A DNA stretch of 64,000 nt from Octopus vulgaris (GCA_951406725.2 OX597825.1:29326001-29390000); one strand, 5' to 3'; counted from the first letter of the stretch, positions 13,521 through 26,888 are shown. Translations and numbers: made by a program. The notes: generated from the letters alone by a model not told the origin.

Positions 13521-14019
13521 ATGTATATAAGTATGTATATGTGTGTGAGTGTGTGTATATATGTATATATATCAAACAGTCATAAATAAAACTGCTATTT
13601 AGATCTACCAAATATCTTGAAATTTCTGCATTTACTAGGGTTGTAAAAAGAAAAAAAAAATTGATTAGAAATAAAAAAATATTTGTTTCTGTATATTGAT
13701 CTTGCTTCTTTGCCATAAAGATAGAATGGTCGTTTTTGGATTTTAAAGGGATTCTATAAATAGATATATATTTCCAAAACCAATAAAAACCATGATGACT
13801 ACAGCAACAACACCAACAACAACAACAACAGCAACAGCAACAACATTAATCATGATAACAATAACAATAATTTGAATGTGTTTAACAAAGATCCCTTGAA
13901 GTATATTTGTTGAAATATCTAAAAAAAAAAAAAAAAAATGTTATTTATTGTGTGCAGAGGATGGTGCTTAACCAAAATGACTACCAGTGATGCTTTCATC
14001 ATTATCACCAACTTTATTT

Positions 14020-14148
14020 CATTCATCATCATCATCATCATCATCATCATCGTCATCATCATCATCATTCTCATCATCATCGTCATCATCATCGTCATCA
14101 TCGTCGTCGTCATCATCGTCATCATCATCATCGTCGTCATCATCATCG

Positions 14149-14183
<35 letters not shown>

Positions 14184-14185
14184 GA

Positions 14186-14220
<35 letters not shown>

Positions 14221-14314
14221 CCATCATCATCATCAACGTCATCGTCATCATCGTCATCATCATCATCATCGTCATCACCATCATCATTGACATCATCATC
14301 ATCATCGTCATCAC

Positions 14315-14372
<58 letters not shown>

Positions 14373-14482
14373 GCCATCATCATCGTCATCATCATCATTA
14401 TCATCATCACCATCATCATCATCGTCATCGTCATCATCATCATAGCCATCATCATCATCATCATCATCATCATTATCATCAT
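14020..14482. repeat. imperfect (ATC)n trinucleotide array
   Basis: direct. Confidence 0.95.
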
Positions 14483-14777
14483 TCGAAGGAAGGACAAATA
14501 CTTTATGAATAAACTCGCTGTTTTGTTTGATGTGCGATTTCAATTACGAATTGAATTTGGTTTTGGGTTTTTGGTTTTTGGTTTTTGGTGTGAGATTGGA
14601 ATGCAAAGAGTAAATAAAATCAATCTCACTGCCAGCCCTGCCGCTTTCGACATTTCCAAAAATTTCATGTCAAAATCTGGGCATCTTGTGAAATAATCTT
14701 CAAATATTATTTTGCTAAATATTGACATCTAGCCTGATCAAAAAAGGGAATGCTTCATTAGAACATAACTGCTGCTG

Positions 14778-14808
<31 letters not shown>

Positions 14809-14925
14809 CACAACCACCACAACCACCACCACCTCTACCACTACTACTACCACCACCACCACCACCACCACCTCTACTACTACTACTACTACTACTTCTA
14901 ACATCTATGACTACCACCACCACCT

Positions 14926-14959
<34 letters not shown>

Positions 14960-14979
14960 ATGCATGACTATTTGTGTTT

Positions 14980-15201
14980 GTCCCTCTCTCTCTTCCTTTC
15001 TCTCTTTCTCCTCTCTCTCTCTCTCTTCCTTTCTCTCTTTCTCCTCTCCCTCTCTCTCTTCCTTTCTCTCTTTCTCCTCTCTCTCTCTCTTCCTTTCTCT
15101 CTTTCTCCTCTCTCTCTCTCTTCCTTTCTCTCTTTCTCTCCTCTCTCTCTTCCTTTCTCTCTTTCTTCTTCTCTCTCTCTCTCTCTCTTCCTTTCTCTCT
15201 T

Positions 15202-15235
<34 letters not shown>
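14980..15235. repeat. polypyrimidine (CT)-based minisatellite, unit about 30 bp
   Basis: repeated ctctctctcttcctttctctctttctc. Confidence 0.9.
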
Positions 15236-15237
<2 letters not shown>

Positions 15238-16035
15238 TTCAAGTAACATTTCTAGACAACCAGTGTTTGTTTGTATACATCCTCATTACCTGGAAGTTTA
15301 TCAAAAATGGAAGTTTACAGAATAAGCATCAGATATGACAAATGAAATACTGGAAGGCATGTGGGGGGCACAGGTCACTTTGATAATCTCAATCGATGTT
15401 TCTTAATCACTTTTTACCTACTAACCCCATTGATCCCTATTTTATTCAACTGGTCCTTCATACCTGTTCAATGTATAAAAAATTCTATTATTATGTTTCT
15501 AAAATTAAATATTAAGTATCATAAAAAAAAATTTAAATTTAGCCAATTTATAGGGCATACATTTTAACAACAAAATCTTATAAAGGCCATTAAGGGTCAT
15601 ATGGACACTGTTTGAGAACCATACAGCTAAGCCCTTCAAAACTGTGGTCCTAGGGTGGCTGCAACCCAATGACTCATAAAAGAAAATGAAGAATATTCCA
15701 ACGACTTCTTCCCCCACTACATAGACTCCCATACATTTTCTCTCCGGCATCAATGAATGTCGAGGTTGAGCTTTTCATTACTTGGCATGTAGTGGAAGGG
15801 CAAACAACATTTACTTTATAGAAGCAAGCATTTTACCAGTTGTTTCTTTTTGTTTTGTTTGTTTTTGCCACTATGCCTCCCCACCTGTTACATTTTTTTG
15901 GCAATATAAAATTGAAGCAAAAAAATTGATTTTTAAAAAAAATCGTTTTTGTTTCTTTCAAATTTTCTTTTCTCAATTACTAATATTAGATAAACCGGCC
16001 AATAGATATTATCATTATTATTATCGTTATTACTA

Positions 16036-16067
<32 letters not shown>

Positions 16068-16369
16068 TCAGCAATGCTCTACATGGTATTCCATAATTGT
16101 TTTGCTTTGGTTCATCTCATTAAAAAAGATAAAAAGAAAATACAATAGAAATTCGAAAGAAAATAGACATGTCTATCTTAGCTTGTATTTTACATACAAT
16201 TCTGGTTGTCTCTCTCTCTCTCTGTCTTTCTTCAATGTATGTATGTATCTACCTGTCTATCTATCTCTTTGTTTGCCTATCTATCTACTTATCTATCTAC
16301 ATGTGTGTATGTTTATGTGTGTACACATATATATACATATGTATATATATTATATATATGTATATGTAT

Positions 16370-16422
<53 letters not shown>

Positions 16423-16559
16423 TATATATATTGTATATTTTATATATATATATATATACATTGTACATTATATATCTATATAGCACATACATACACACAC
16501 ATATGTATGTACATGTATATACACATGTGTGTATATGCATATCTATGTCTATATATACA

Positions 16560-16662
<103 letters not shown>

Positions 16663-16944
16663 GCGCATATATATTTTTCACTCTCTCATTCTCTCTCTCT
16701 CTCTCTGTCTATGGCTCATTGTTTTTATTGAATGTTTTACACTTAAACCTGTAACAATACCTCGTAGTTGGTTGTGGAGTGGTGGTTATCTTTCCAAATA
16801 TCCCCTCCTCCTACTAATAAACTGAAGACCTGAGGTCAAAAGTTATGCTTATCTTTTTGATTTTGCACAAGTTTTTATTGCTTCAGTATTGTAATGGTAT
16901 GCATAAACATTCTGTTCGGAACACTCCTTCTCTCCTTCTCCACT

Positions 16945-17298
16945 TCATCATTGTCGCCATCACCACCACCATCATCGTCATCATCATCATTATCATCATC
17001 ACCATCACCATCATCAGTATCATCACCATAATCATCACCATAATCATCATCATCATCATCATCACCATCATTACCATCATCCTCACCATCATCACCATCA
17101 TCACCATCATCACCACCACCACCATCACCATCATCATCATCATCATCATCATCGTCGTCATCATCATCATCATCATCATCACCGTCATCGTCACTGTTGT
17201 TGTTGTTGTCATCATCATCATCGTCATCATTGCCATCATTTTCATCATCGTTGTTCATCATCATCATCATTACCATCATCATCATTACCATCATCATC
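16945..17298. repeat. imperfect (ATC/ACC)n array
   Basis: direct. Confidence 0.9.
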
Positions 17299-18144
17299 TA
17301 TACACATGCACACACACACAACCAATGTCAATGCAAAAAAAAACAGGAACAATATGTGTGTGCATGTGTGTATGTGTGTGAAAGCGCGTGTGTGTGTATT
17401 ACATGTGTTTCTCGTGTGTTAGCATCGATACCATTTCTGCAATGGTGATGATGTTGTTAATATCTCCCACTACAAAAATATCCAACTGAAGTTCCACATG
17501 GAAAGATATGGAATAAAGTACCTTCCTTGGAAAAAGAAAACAAAAAAAAAATTGGAAAAAGAAAATAAAAACATATTAGGGTTGGCTTCTGGTAGGGTGT
17601 CAGGCCACAGATTAGTGCCCAAGAAAAAAAAAGAGGTATAATGATGATGATGATGATGATGATGATGATGGTGGGCGGGGTGGTGGCGGTGGTGGTTGTG
17701 ATGATAATGAAGACAAAGAGAAGGATAATGATGACAATGGCAATGATGGCGCTAATGCTGACGGTGAAAGCCGTGATGATATTTTTTTTTTTTTTATTAT
17801 CATCATTAGTATTAGAGTGTTTCATACCAGAGTTGGTACAGGCATTAAGGCAAATTCTTTGAAGTATCTTGTTAAGCCCTTTTCATGCCTGTTCAACTTT
17901 GGCATTCATCCTTCCAAAAGCATTATCACCTCAGAAGAAACAGTAGAAAGCTTTCTTGAAGATAGTTTCCTTTATCTACATTAAAATTCTTCAAATTCTG
18001 TAGAGGTCAACGGTGATTCTTTCCCCTCCATCGTTGATAACATAAACAGCTATAGTGTAAAGGATAGTTGTTTCAATGAACTAACCTCTTATCGTGGAAA
18101 AGACTGGCCTTGTGCTGGAACAAGAAACTAGTTTACTGTGGGTG

Positions 18145-18147
18145 TAG

Positions 18148-18179
<32 letters not shown>

Positions 18180-18411
18180 CTTGTTCTTGTTATTCTGGAA
18201 TTAATATATTAATGCCTTCGTCTAAGAAGAAGAAGGAGTAGAAGAAGAAGGAGAAGAAGAAAGAGAAGAAGAAGAAGAAGAAGAAGAAGAAGAAAGAGAA
18301 GAAGGAGGAGGAGGAGGAGGAGGAGGAGAAGAAAGAGAAGAAGAAGAAGAAGAAAAAGAAGAAAAATAATAAGACGGAGGAGGAGAAGAAGAACAACAAG
18401 AAGAAAAAGGA

Positions 18412-18488
<77 letters not shown>

Positions 18489-18500
18489 GTAATAATGATG

Positions 18501-18571
<71 letters not shown>

Positions 18572-18590
18572 AAGAAGAAGAAGAAGATAT
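18145..18590. repeat. compound microsatellite (GTT)(GAA)(GAG)(AAT)(GAA)
   Basis: direct. Confidence 0.9.
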
Positions 18591-18763
18591 CAGTTGTTTC
18601 TTAATAACCCTAGTGAAACATATCTTTACAAAATCATTGATATATCGTTTATAGCTGCAGATACTGATATCTTTTCTTGTATCAATGAAAATACAGTCAT
18701 TTCTGAAGTCGCTTCTATTACTTTTAATATATTTTGACTTTGTAAGCAACTTTATTGACATAC

Positions 18764-18797
<34 letters not shown>

Positions 18798-18894
18798 GCA
18801 TATATGTATATATAAATATATAGATAGAGCTATAGGTCTACATATACATAATATATATATATATATATATACACATGCTTACATACAAATATAC

Positions 18895-18934
<40 letters not shown>

Positions 18935-20293
18935 GCATGTGAATATATATATTCATATTGTATATGTATACACATATGTATATATATGTATATATATAAG
19001 TGTGTGTATATGTGCATGTGTGTGTGTATATATATATATATATAGATATACTTACATACATATATATATATTTGTATGTATGTATATCTATATATACACA
19101 CACATATATACACATACATATATGCATATATATGCATATACACATACACACATACATATATAAATATGTATATATATATATACACACACACACATATATA
19201 TACATATACACATATACATATATATTATATAACCATACACGCCTACACATGCACACTCACACACACTCACTCGCTCACTCACACACATATCTACATACAC
19301 ATGTAACATAGATATATAAAGACTTTTTGGTATCTTTCGTCTTTCATTTCTATTAATCAAAGTTCAGAAATCAATTTGAATATAGCACTTATCTAGACTT
19401 CCATCTAAACTTAACAGGTTTACTCTTCCTGTCGTCACATTGCTGTTCATATGAAACGTTAGACATCAAATACCTTAGACATGTAATTTAGCTTCAAAAT
19501 CAATATATTTCATTTGGAAAACTAAGAAAAAAATATACATACATATATAAAAAAAAAATTCTTCAATACTGTAAGCAATAATTATGATAATGAAAGCATT
19601 TAAGAAAGGGAGGTAATTGAATTTCCTAGGTATTATAGCTTTTTGTAATTCCATAGATGTCTATTTTTATTTTTCATTTTTGTTTTCTTATTTTCCTTCC
19701 TGCATTTAATTCAATACTGTAATAGTTTAAAGCAGTTTAAGTTCAATGATATTAAGTTTGGAATACTGGAGATCATAGAAGTGATAAGATGTATTATAAC
19801 TAGTGAAACTTGCTCAATGTTGTTTATATAAAGAAATGGTGAATGTGTAATCTTGAGACTATGTTTTATAAAGAAAAGCAGTGAAGGAACGGAGAGTGTA
19901 ATGAAGTGTACGGAACACTGATAAACACATAATCAGGTAAACTCGGTCAGTGTTTTATAAATTCCATGGTGGAAATTTCTCTTGCTAGAGAAAAATGTCC
20001 AGCAAGCTGATTGCTTATATGTGAAGGATTTCGTTTGATTTGTATGAGTTGTTGTGCACGATCCACTGCCAGTGGACACAGAATGCAATTGGTCACAGAC
20101 GGATCAAATCCAACCGCCAGAAGAACCAAAACAATTAGTAACGTTTGATAGAATATATGGCTGAACAATTCACAAATGTTCTCTCTATATCTATGCATGT
20201 ATGTATATCTATATATAAACACATATACACATACATATATATGCATACATACATACACACACACAGATATAAATATGTATATATATATATATA

Positions 20294-20332
<39 letters not shown>

Positions 20333-20504
20333 TCATCATCATCATCATCATCGTTTAACGTCCGCTTTCCATGCTAGCATGGGTTGGACGGTTCAACTGG
20401 GGTCTGGGAAGCCCGAAGGCTGCACCAGGCCAGTCAGATGTGGCAGTGTTTCTACAGCTGGATGCCCTTCCTAACGCCAACCACTCCGAGAGTGTAGTGG
20501 GTGA

Positions 20505-20905
20505 TTTTATGTGCCACCGACACAGGTGCCAGACGAGGCTGGCAGACGGCCACGCTCGGATGGTGTTTTTTATGTGCCACCGACACAGGTGCCAGACGAG
20601 GCTGGCAGACGGCCACGCTCGGATGGTGTTTTTTATGTGCCACCGACACAGGTGCCAGACAAGGCTGGCAGACGGCCACGCTCGGATGGTGTTTTTTTAT
20701 GTGCCACCGACACAGGTGCCAGACGAGGCTGGCAGACGGCCACGCTCGGATGGTGTTTTCTTATGTGTCACCGACACAGGTGCCAGACGAGGCTGGCGGA
20801 CGGCCACGCTCGGATGGTGTTTGTTACGTGCCCTCAGCACGGAGGCCAGTCATTGCGGTACTGGCTACGGTCACGTTCGGATGGTTTTCTTATGTGCCAC
20901 CGGCA
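20505..20905. repeat. 63-bp tandem repeat in the LINE 3' UTR (5 near-identical plus 2 degenerate units)
   Basis: unit atgtgccaccgacacaggtgccagacgaggctggcagacggccacgctcggatggtgtttttt starting at 20509, 20572, 20635, 20699, 20763. Confidence 0.92.
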
Positions 20906-21088
20906 CTAATTTCCACAAGGATACAAATTCCATTGATGTTCATCTATTTTGATTTGGTTCGATTTGATTTGATTTGATACGATTCGATTCTCACTTGCCT
21001 CAACAGGTCTTCACAAGTGTCACAAGAAGGAAGGTATGCACAGGTGGACTGACTACGTCCCAGGTAGGGGCCACGGATTATGGCTTCA

Positions 21089-22743
21089 CTAGTCTTGCCG
21101 GGTCTTCTCACGCACAGCATACTTCCATAGGTCTCGGTCTCTAGTCATTTCCATGGTGAGACCTAACGTCCGAAGGTCGTGCTTCACCACCTCATCCCAG
21201 GTTTTCCTGGGTCTACCTCTTCCACGGGTTCCCTCAACTGCTAGGGATTGGCACTTTCTCACACACCTCTCTTCATCCATTCTCGCCACATGACCATACC
21301 AGCGCAATCGTCTCTCTTGCACACAACAACTGATGCTTCTTAGGTACAACATTTCTCTCAAGGTACTAACGCTCTGTCGAGTAAGTACACTGACATTACA
21401 CATCCATCGGAGCATACTGGCTTCGTTCCTCACGAGCTTACGCATGTCCTCAGCAGTCACGGCCCATGTTTCACTGCCATGTAGCATAGCTGTTCGTACA
21501 CATGCATCATACAGTCTGCCTTTTACTCTGAGCGAGAGGCCTTTAGTCACCAGCAGAGGTAAGAGCTCCCTAAACTTTGCCCAGGCTATTCTTATTCTAG
21601 CAGTTACACTTTCAGCGCACCCACCCCCACTACTGACTTGGTCACCCAGATAGCGGAAACTATCAACTACTTCTAGTTTTTCCCCCGGAAAGTGACAGAA
21701 GTTGTTTTCTGCAGATTTTCGGAGGTCAGTGCTCCAGAGCACCTGCCACATACAAAAACTATCTTCCCAGTTAGCCTACCTTTGACATTGCTGCACCTCT
21801 TATGTGTCCATAGCTTACACTGGGTACATCTTATAGAGTTTCTACCTACACCTTTTCTACAGATCGAGCAGGGCCATCTTCCTGATGATATTTGTGGGTT
21901 TTCTACCTTTCTACTTATTAGTACTTTGGTTTTAGCTAGGTTGACTCTAAGGCCCCTCGATTCTAAACCCTCCTTCCACACCTGGAACTTCTCCTCCAGT
22001 TCTGATAGTGACTCAGCGATTAGAGCGAGGTCGTCAGCATAGAGGAGCTCCCAGGGGCAACCTGTCTTGAATTCCTCCGTTATTGCCTGGAGGACTATGA
22101 TAAATAGGAGGGGGCTGAGTACTGAACCCTGGTGGACCCCAACCTCTACTTTGAATTCTTCTGTGTACATGTTGCCAACTCTAACCTTACTTACGGCATC
22201 TCTGTACATGGCTTGCACAGCCCTCACCAGCCATTCATCTATCCCTAGTTTCCTCATTGACCACCAGATGAGGGATCGGGGGACCCTATCAAAGGCTTTC
22301 TCCATGTCAACAAAAGCCAGGTACAGGGGCTTATCCTTGGCTAGGTATTTCTCCTGCAGCTGCCTTACCAGGAATATAGCATCAGTGGTGCTTTTCCCTG
22401 GGACAAACCCAAACTGCATCTCATCTAAACTAACTCTCTCTCTAATTAGTTGGGCTAAGACCCTCTCCGTAACCTTCATTACCTGATCCAACAGCTTGAT
22501 ACCTCTGTAATTATTTGTATCCAGGGCATCACCTTTACCTTTGTAGCAGTTGACTAGTATGCTGCTACACCAGTCATTGGGTATGACTCCTTCGTGTATC
22601 ACCTGGTTGACTATACGGGTGACTAGGTTATAGCCGACACTGCCAGATATTTTGAGCATCTATGCAGTAATTCCTGATGGGCCTGGGGCTTTCCCTGTCT
22701 TCATGCTTCTAATTGCCTTAGCTACCACGGAACTATCAACTCG
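21089..22743 (-). pseudogene. RTE reverse transcriptase ORF (RT, PHD-type finger, C-terminal domain), disrupted
   Basis: KAPGPSG, NYRGIKLL, QFGF, FVDMEKAFDRV, GVHQGSVLSPLLF, YADD (22030-22041), FRYLG, RRLRWYGHV, RGRGRPRKTW; in-frame TAG at 22660-22662 and a 1-nt frameshift near 21687. Confidence 0.93.
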
Positions 22744-22779
22744 GATATATATATATATATATATATATAATCAAAATAA

Positions 22780-22902
22780 GCAACAAGGATATCCTGAGTT
22801 AATGCAGTACGATCGTTTTATGCAACTCCATTTAATTGAAAAATGCAAATATTACATCAATTTTAAAACGTAGAGCAATCTTCAGCTGGATATCCTTGTT
22901 GC
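22780..22902 (-). ncRNA. hammerhead-like motif with long stem II, closed by a 15-bp inverted repeat
   Basis: gcaacaaggatatcc / ggatatccttgttgc; minus strand cag-CTGAAGA ... AAAA-c gatc g-TA-ctg; lies between (TA)n runs. Confidence 0.45.
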
Positions 22903-23039
22903 AACATATTCAACTGAATCTAAATTTATATATATATATATATATACATATTGTCTATACCTCCTCTCTGCTTATTCATACCCATTCACACTTATGCTTT
23001 TAAAAATGAGACAAGCTATGGGTTTTGTCTCCATAAGCT

Positions 23040-23175
23040 GGGTATATTCCACCAGAGATCTCTGAGGAAAATCTTGCATGTCCAGTAGCAGAACAGCTGA
23101 AGAAACATTAACATGCTTGAACAACACCCTTGCATTAACACTATAGTTATGGGATATTAGCTTTGATGTACTGTT
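23040..23175 (+). mobile_element. decayed RTE-like ORF remnant, possibly the host of the CR1 insertion
   Basis: FHQRSLRKILHVQ*QN... resembles the RTE motif FHQRCLRKIL.I.WQD. Confidence 0.4.
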
Positions 23176-23289
23176 TATGTCTTTCAAGTGGCAGACAATC
23201 AATTGCCCAAACTTTTCTCCCAACTGACTGAAGGAAAATAAACCGAAAACTTTAGTGATTTGAACATTTGTGAAATCACCTGGAATTAG

Positions 23290-23850
23290 CCTCACTGGTT
23301 TGGAACACCCTATCTTGCTCAAGATATTAATCGTCTGGAAACCGTTCAGCGACGAGCAACCAAGAGAATACCCTCCATCAGGCATTTGCCATATTCTGAA
23401 TGCCTTACATTGAAACTCTGATGTCTGGCAGCTGACTTGGCAGACACCCATAATATTATTAACCATATTACTAACAATGACTCTGAGCACCTTTTCAAAC
23501 TTCACCTGTCTAACACCCGTGGACATGTTTACAAAGTCAGAAAACAGCACAGCTCCCATGACTTTCGGAAGTATTTTTTTCATGCTAAGAGTTGTTGAAG
23601 CATGGAACAAACTGCCAGCATCAGTTGTTTGTTGTCGGAGCACTGCATCCTTCAAAACTTCCATACTTCCTGAGATTTGCCAACACTACACCTGATTTTC
23701 TCCCCTCCATGCACATGCAAGCATGTATCTGACTCATACACTGTTCACTTCCCAGACATTTGTACATTACTGCATATACTTTATACACACTTTTGACAAG
23801 TTGTGGTGCACCTGAGCACTGTATACAATAATTTCATCATCATTATTATA
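23290..23850 (+). mobile_element. 3' fragment of a CR1-clade LINE
   Basis: YLAQDINRLETVQRRATKRIP..LPYSE..TRGHVYKV..FF/LRVVEAWNKLPASVV; 3' UTR ending in (att)n. Confidence 0.85.
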
Positions 23851-24350
23851 TAGTATGTATGAGTAGGAATTGTTAGTGAGCAACAAAGACACAAATGCAG
23901 GTATTTCAATGATAAACCTAGGCATAGAAAATAATGGGAAGCAACCAACAGAAAGTACCAACAAGACAACAAATGCCTGATTTGCAACTGGACTTGTGGA
24001 ACTTGCAGTTGCCAACAAAACAACTTTGGATAACCAAACCAAATGGAAGAAGGAACTGGATGGACCTTATGGTGATGTTCTGACTAGAGCACTGTACTCC
24101 TTACTAATGCTTCTGTTATTTTTTTTGTACTTTCTGCTCAATCATGTCAGATGTATTGTCAGAAGATTAAAAAAGGGAGTGAACTCCATTCTACCTCACA
24201 GAATCTGATACTAACTGCATTAGAAAGTGTTAAAGAAGCGATTCACTTAGTACCTTTCAGAAGTTCATATCAGAACACCTTAAACCACATGGTACTAGTA
24301 ACACTACAATAATAACAACAACAACAACAACAATAATAATTATAATGAAA

Positions 24351-24381
<31 letters not shown>

Positions 24382-24634
24382 AAATAATAATATAATAATA
24401 ATAATAATTTATTGTATATTGGTATCAGTTGCTGGGTACATGAAATTTTTTTATTTTTTCAATTCAGACTTGGTGTCTATCTCATAGTAATTTGGAATTT
24501 GGCAAACTATATGAGCTTCATGTACAAAATAAAGAAAATAATTATTTGGCTTTTAGTTTCCATTGGCACTTATCCTCAACCATCCCATGTGTATAGGTGT
24601 GTGTGTGTGTGTGTGCACTTGTGTGCATGTGTGT

Positions 24635-24677
<43 letters not shown>

Positions 24678-24994
24678 CATGTCTGTGTGTATGTAGGGGT
24701 GGGTATGTGTGTGCTCATGTGCATTTGTGCGAGTGTGTGTGTGTACCATATTTACTTGTCTATAAGTTACAATTTTTTGTACATAACTTCATTAACAAAA
24801 ACCTTGGATATGAACTTATAAAATGAGAATGACAGGTACACAAGTAACACCTATATACAAGTAAATATAGTATATACACATGCATCTTACCCCACACATG
24901 TGTGTGTGTGTATGTATAAAAGTATATATATACACATTGTTTATATGTGTGTTTGTGTATGTTTATATATATACATATATATATATGTGTGTAT

Positions 24995-25530
24995 TCATTC
25001 ATCATTCATTCAGTTCTCATTGTGCCTGGTGGTACTTGAGGTGATAAGGCGGCGAGCTGGCAGAAACGTTAGCACGCCGGGCAAAATGCTTAGCGGTTTT
25101 TCGTCTGCGTTACGTTGTGAGTTCAAATTCCGCCGAGGTCGACTTTGCCTTTCATCCTTTCGGGGTCGATAAATTAAGTACCAGTTACGCACTGGGGTCG
25201 ATGTAATCGACTTAATACCTATGTCTGTCCTTGTTTGTCCCCTCTGTGTTTAGCCCCTTGTGGGTAATAAAGAAATAGGTACTTGAGATGATAGCAAGAT
25301 CGTTCCATCTTCTAACACTGAAAGCATCCTTATTAGTTTGTCTCATTGTTAACCCTCTGCTTTTAAGATCTTATTGTTCTCGGCTACGTTTCCTTTGGTT
25401 GACCACGTCTTCTTTTACCTTGTGGAACCCATTGCAAAGCAACCCGGACAATTGAGTTTGGTTTATAGCGACAAACTTGACCCAGCCATTTCCATCTCCT
25501 TGCTTGAATAGTTTCTCATATTAGTTTCAC
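24995..25530 (-). mobile_element. decayed RTE 3' fragment interrupted by a SINE
   Basis: minus strand RWKWLGQVCR..IVRVALQWVPQGKRRRGQPKET; (tgaa)n tail. Confidence 0.65.
25047..25277 (+). mobile_element. full-length young tRNA-derived SINE with Meta-like core
   Basis: ggcggcgagctggcagaa..gagttcaaattcc..gtcgactttgcctttcatcctttcggggtcgataaa; TSD ggtacttgag(g/a)tgata at 25031-25046 and 25278-25293. Confidence 0.9.
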
Positions 25531-25661
25531 ATTAGCCTTGGTGTGTAGTTGGTTAATCGAGATCATATGTGTATACATGTATATATATATTTATATGTAT
25601 ATATATGTATGTGTGTGCATGTATGTATATATGTATATTTGTATATATGCATGTATGTAGG

Positions 25662-25699
<38 letters not shown>

Positions 25700-25809
25700 C
25701 ATATTAAAATCTTAGGGTTGCAAGAATATTCATTGAAAAATTCTTAGTTACCAGTTATTCTTGCTTTTTATATATATACATATATATATTCACATACACA
25801 TATGCTTAT

Positions 25810-26070
25810 GGGTATATGGCATAGTGGTTAAGAATGCAGGCTACAAACCCCAAGATTCTGAGTTTGATTTCACCGGGCAATAATAATAATAATAATAATA
25901 ATAATGATGATAATAATAATAATAATAGCATCAAAAAATACCTTAGGAATAAGAACCCAGGTTCGAAATTTCCCCAAGACACCTGATGAAGGCTGGAGGG
26001 TATATCAGAGAAACGTTGTGTTAACAACAAACAAGATGAGGACAAATATCCATCAAATGTAAATAATATA
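25810..26070 (+). mobile_element. tRNA-headed short element with (AAT)n linker and hammerhead-like tail
   Basis: A box tggcatagtggt (25817-25828), B-box-like gagtttgatttc (25860-25871), motif gacac-CTGATGA..GAAA-cg-TT-gtgtt (25978-26022), TA-rich flanks. Confidence 0.6.
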
Positions 26071-26074
26071 TGTA

Positions 26075-26121
<47 letters not shown>

Positions 26122-26779
26122 TATACACACACACATACACACATGCATACATGCATGCACATTCAAATGTACAAACACACACAAAACAAAGTAACGAGAG
26201 AAAGTACTAACAGAAGAAAAAAGCAATGAAATTATTGTATTTTCTATGATTTTATTTATACCACATTGATTAATATATGCTACTAATCTGAATTTCTCTG
26301 AGGTAGAAAGATAAACCCTTCTTAAATATTTGTTCAGTGCAGTAACTTCAGGTTCACTGAAGGGGAATAGAGTTCATTCCCCTGTTTAATCATATCAAAT
26401 GCATTGTAATGCAACTTAATCTGATAGCAAAGTCGAAAGAGCTTTAGTAAGGAGAGAGTACAGTAGTTTGAATAAGAAGGATAGTACTTTGGCCAGTGCA
26501 GTGGCATAGCGAGGCTTCCTCATTTATTATTTATATATATATTATATATAATATATAGATGCATGCATAGGCCACAGACACACATTATGCATTGTTATAA
26601 ATCCGTCTAATAAAGGCCTGAAACATATGTACCACTGAATCCTTGGCATCATGTTTTTATTTTGATTAATTTACTCCACCACCTACACCACCAAAAGGTA
26701 TATACAGGTGCTTACAATTATCAAGTACTCACCCCGAATTTCTGATATAGATATATAGATAGACAGATATAGATATATG

Positions 26780-26841
<62 letters not shown>

Positions 26842-26851
26842 GTGTGTGTGT

Positions 26852-26888
<37 letters not shown>

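Larger units (their letters stand above)
20331..22743 (-). mobile_element. 5'-truncated RTE-clade LINE inserted in (TA)n
   Basis: RT ORF, about 760-bp 3' UTR, (TGA)n tail at 20331-20351, (TA)n on both flanks. Confidence 0.92.

Noticed and set aside
20505-20905. CRISPR-like array or Cys/His repeat protein
   Set aside because: Contiguous 63-bp tandem repeat without spacers in a LINE 3' UTR.
21333-22486. Plus-strand ORFs over the LINE
   Set aside because: Antisense shadows of the RT frame.
22972-23664. 230-aa minus-strand ORF
   Set aside because: Antisense to the CR1 and RTE remnants; no domain of its own.
26333-26382. Two adjacent 7-8 bp hairpins
   Set aside because: Short stems are expected by chance; no known RNA motif.
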